DNA of 45,493 bases, taken from the NCBI GenBank assembly GCA_003132585.1, contig PKYG01000091.1:18893-64385 (forward strand). Direction: 5' to 3'. This stretch comes from Actinomycetota bacterium (GTDB lineage: Bacteria > Actinomycetota > Thermoleophilia > UBA2241). The translations under genes were made by a program, and so were the position numbers. Positions 43,465 to 45,493 of this stretch are shown piece after piece; position 1 is the stretch's first letter, and each line of letters opens with the position of its first letter. The notes beneath the pieces were generated by a model. The model had not been told where the DNA came from, searched no databases, and saw only the letters and a program-made list of their open reading frames with translations.

Positions 43465-44910
43465 CTAGAGGTTGGTCTCGCTCGCTGCCGGCTGCCCGCC
43501 GGCGCCCAGCGCCTTGCGGGCAGCCTCGGCGATCTCGCGCTCGTGCTCGCGGCTGGTGGCGAACACGCGATAGAGATGCGCCTTGGCGGGCACGAACTCG
43601 AGGATCCCCGAGAGCAACTGCTCCTCGATCGCATCGGTCGAGGGGTCGTACACGGGGATGCGCTTGGGCCCGCGCATCGGGTTGAGCGGGCGCGGGTCCT
43701 GCGAGGCGATGTCGACCTTGAACTCGATCGCGCGCAGGCGCGAGGGCAGGTTGGCGACGATCGCCGCGCGGAAGTCGTCGGCGGTGAGGTCGCGGCTCGC
43801 CGGCGCCGGCTGCTGGCGCTCCACCGACTGCTCGTAGACCATGTGGTACTTCACGTCGCGGTGGATGATCGCCTGCCACTCTTGGCCGAGCCGGCGGCGC
43901 TGGCTGCCGGCCGGCTCTTCGAGCCAGCTCTCGACGGTGTTGAAGAGCGACCACTCGGTGAGCTTGCGGTAAGCCTCGAGGTCGTCGAGCGGGCTCTCCG
44001 GCAGGATCAGCTGCAGAGTCTCGCGGAAGATCTCATGCAGGTGCATGTCGATCGCGTGTCCGATGCGATGGAAGTAGACGTTCTCGTACATGTAGAAGCG
44101 CGCGTTGAGGAACGCCCGCAGGGCGCCCAACGCGCGCTTGTGGAACGTCAGCCCCTCGGCCGTGCAGAACGTGTAGTAGAGCAGGCGGTCGACGTCGACG
44201 GCGTTGAGCGACACGCCGCACATGTAGGCGTCGCGGCGCACGTAGTCCATGTTGTCGACCGTGACCGCGCCGGCGAGCGTGCGCTGCAAGAGACCGACCC
44301 AGCGGGGCAGCTCGGCGGCGCCGGCGCCGCCCTTCCCTGCCCCGCCCGTACCCCCGACCTGCTCCGTGTCGCCGTCGGCGCGGATGAGCGCCGCCACGTG
44401 TGCCGGATCGACCCTTTCGCCGGGCGCGAAGGCGCCGCTCGGGCTACGTTCGAGCGCCGCGATCGCCCGCCCCAGCGAATGGACGATGAGGTGTTGCGAA
44501 ATGATCTCGTGGTTGAGCGAGAAACAGGGTTGCAGGTATTCTTCGTCAAAGAAATGACTGAAGGGGCCATGACCGAGGTCATGCAGTAGCCCCGCCAGCC
44601 GCAGGGTCTCTTCCACCAGCGGCAACGAAGGCGTGTCGGCTTCTACCGCTGAGAGAGTGGGATAGACCTGCTTCGCTAACTCTCCCGCCAAGTGCATGAC
44701 ACCCAGGCTGTGGGCGAACCGGCTGTGCTCCGCCGTGGGGAACACCCACCACGAGCTTTGCAGCTGGTGGATGCGCTTGAGGCGCTGCACCCACGCGTCG
44801 TCGATGACGTCGGCCTCGGCGACCTCGCCGTCGCGGCCCGCCATCGTAATGCGCAGGTAGCCGTACAGGGGGTCGGCGATCAGGTGGATGTCGTCGTAGG
44901 GAAGGGCCAT
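43465..44910 (-). CDS. HD-domain phosphohydrolase (dNTPase, SAMHD1/YdhJ-like)
   Basis: DPLYG, QRLKRIHQL, HSRFAHSLG, LLHDLGHGPFSH, DNMDYVRRD, MYENVYFH. Confidence 0.92.
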   Translation of the reverse strand: MALPYDDIHLIADPLYGYLRITMAGRDGEVAEADVIDDAWVQRLKRIHQLQSSWWVFPTAEHSRFAHSLGVMHLAGELAKQVYPTLSAVEADTPSLPLVEETLRLAGLLHDLGHGPFSHFFDEEYLQPCFSLNHEIISQHLIVHSLGRAIAALERSPSGAFAPGERVDPAHVAALIRADGDTEQVGGTGGAGKGGAGAAELPRWVGLLQRTLAGAVTVDNMDYVRRDAYMCGVSLNAVDVDRLLYYTFCTAEGLTFHKRALGALRAFLNARFYMYENVYFHRIGHAIDMHLHEIFRETLQLILPESPLDDLEAYRKLTEWSLFNTVESWLEEPAGSQRRRLGQEWQAIIHRDVKYHMVYEQSVERQQPAPASRDLTADDFRAAIVANLPSRLRAIEFKVDIASQDPRPLNPMRGPKRIPVYDPSTDAIEEQLLSGILEFVPAKAHLYRVFATSREHEREIAEAARKALGAGGQPAASETNL

Positions 44911-45059
44911 GAGAGCAACCATAACGAGCCGCGCGCCGGGCGGCAAGGAGCTCCGCTGGAACGTCCGTAGCCAGTTCCTTGTCGCCTACCTCTGCGCGGC
45001 GGTCGCCTCGCTCAACTGACGCGTTCGGCGGCCGCCGCGCAGGTCCGTCCCGCTCTCAC

Positions 45060-45493
45060 TCAGGCGCGTGGGTCCCGATCCGACGCTTCTTCGAGCATCC
45101 GTCGGTAGGCGTCCTCATGGGCGACGACGAAGCGGTCGATACCGAAGCGCTCCTCGACCGCCTTGCGGCACTCCTGCGGGTCGATCTCATCGATGTGTCG
45201 CGCGGCATCGACCATCTCGTCGATCGTGTCGACGATGAAGCCCGTGCGCCCGTGCTCGATCACCTCGGGCACCGAGCCGCGGCGGAAGGCGATCACGGGT
45301 GTGCCGGCAGCGAGCGACTCGATCATCACCAGGCCGAACGGCTCCGGCCACTGGATCGGGAAGAGCGTGCAGCGCGCGTGACGGTAGAGCTCGGCCTTGC
45401 CATCGTGGTCGACCTCGCCGCGGTAGTGGATCTTGTCGCTCAAGTACGGCTCGATCTGCTTGGCGAAGTAGCTCTTCTCGGCCGTCTCGTTCA
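45060..45493 (-). CDS. Glycosyltransferase family 4, C-terminal part (5' truncated by window)
   Basis: LFPIQWPEPFGLVMIESLAAGTPVIAFRRGSVPEVIEHGRTGF. Confidence 0.9.
   Translation of the reverse strand, partial: NETAEKSYFAKQIEPYLSDKIHYRGEVDHDGKAELYRHARCTLFPIQWPEPFGLVMIESLAAGTPVIAFRRGSVPEVIEHGRTGFIVDTIDEMVDAARHIDEIDPQECRKAVEERFGIDRFVVAHEDAYRRMLEEASDRDPRA

Noticed and set aside
43439-43954. N-terminal extension of the AI-2E ORF (likewise 37588-37869 and 34687-34905 for their genes)
   Set aside because: Overlaps neighbouring genes; better starts with RBS or translational coupling exist downstream

Overview
High-GC bacterial chromosome segment, probably Actinomycetota (Thermoleophilia/Coriobacteriia-like; taxonomy inferred from GC, promoter style and protein types only). 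Four blocks. (1) 1-1430: end of the tdh-kbl threonine catabolism operon. (2) About 1431-25680: a ~24 kb array of mostly co-oriented, unrelated single genes separated by integron attC sites. Five or six sites are well formed, many more are eroded, and three belong to one long repeat family. No integrase is in the window, so this looks like a CALIN-type cassette array. It carries five toxin-antitoxin modules, a 1200-aa candidate defence protein, a single-chain type IIG R-M gene, lipoproteins and small enzymes. (3) About 25700-32366: minus-strand accessory block downstream of tRNA-Ala(TGC), with a degenerate copy of the tRNA 3' half, three TolB/PD40-like beta-propeller lipoprotein paralogues and two c-di-GMP-II-type riboswitches with apparent variant ligand-pocket bases. 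(4) 32400-45493: core-like genes (GH18, FMN reductase, AI-2E, HD dNTPase, GT4) and a six-gene operon (HTH + molybdate-type PBP regulator with an operator palindrome, FN3 surface protein, Moco-oxidoreductase-like anchor protein, ECF S-component, beta-propeller surface protein, TiaS-like DDTD protein) that may be an uncharacterised Mo/W or pterin-cofactor uptake system. All family calls are motif recognition by eye; no searches were run.
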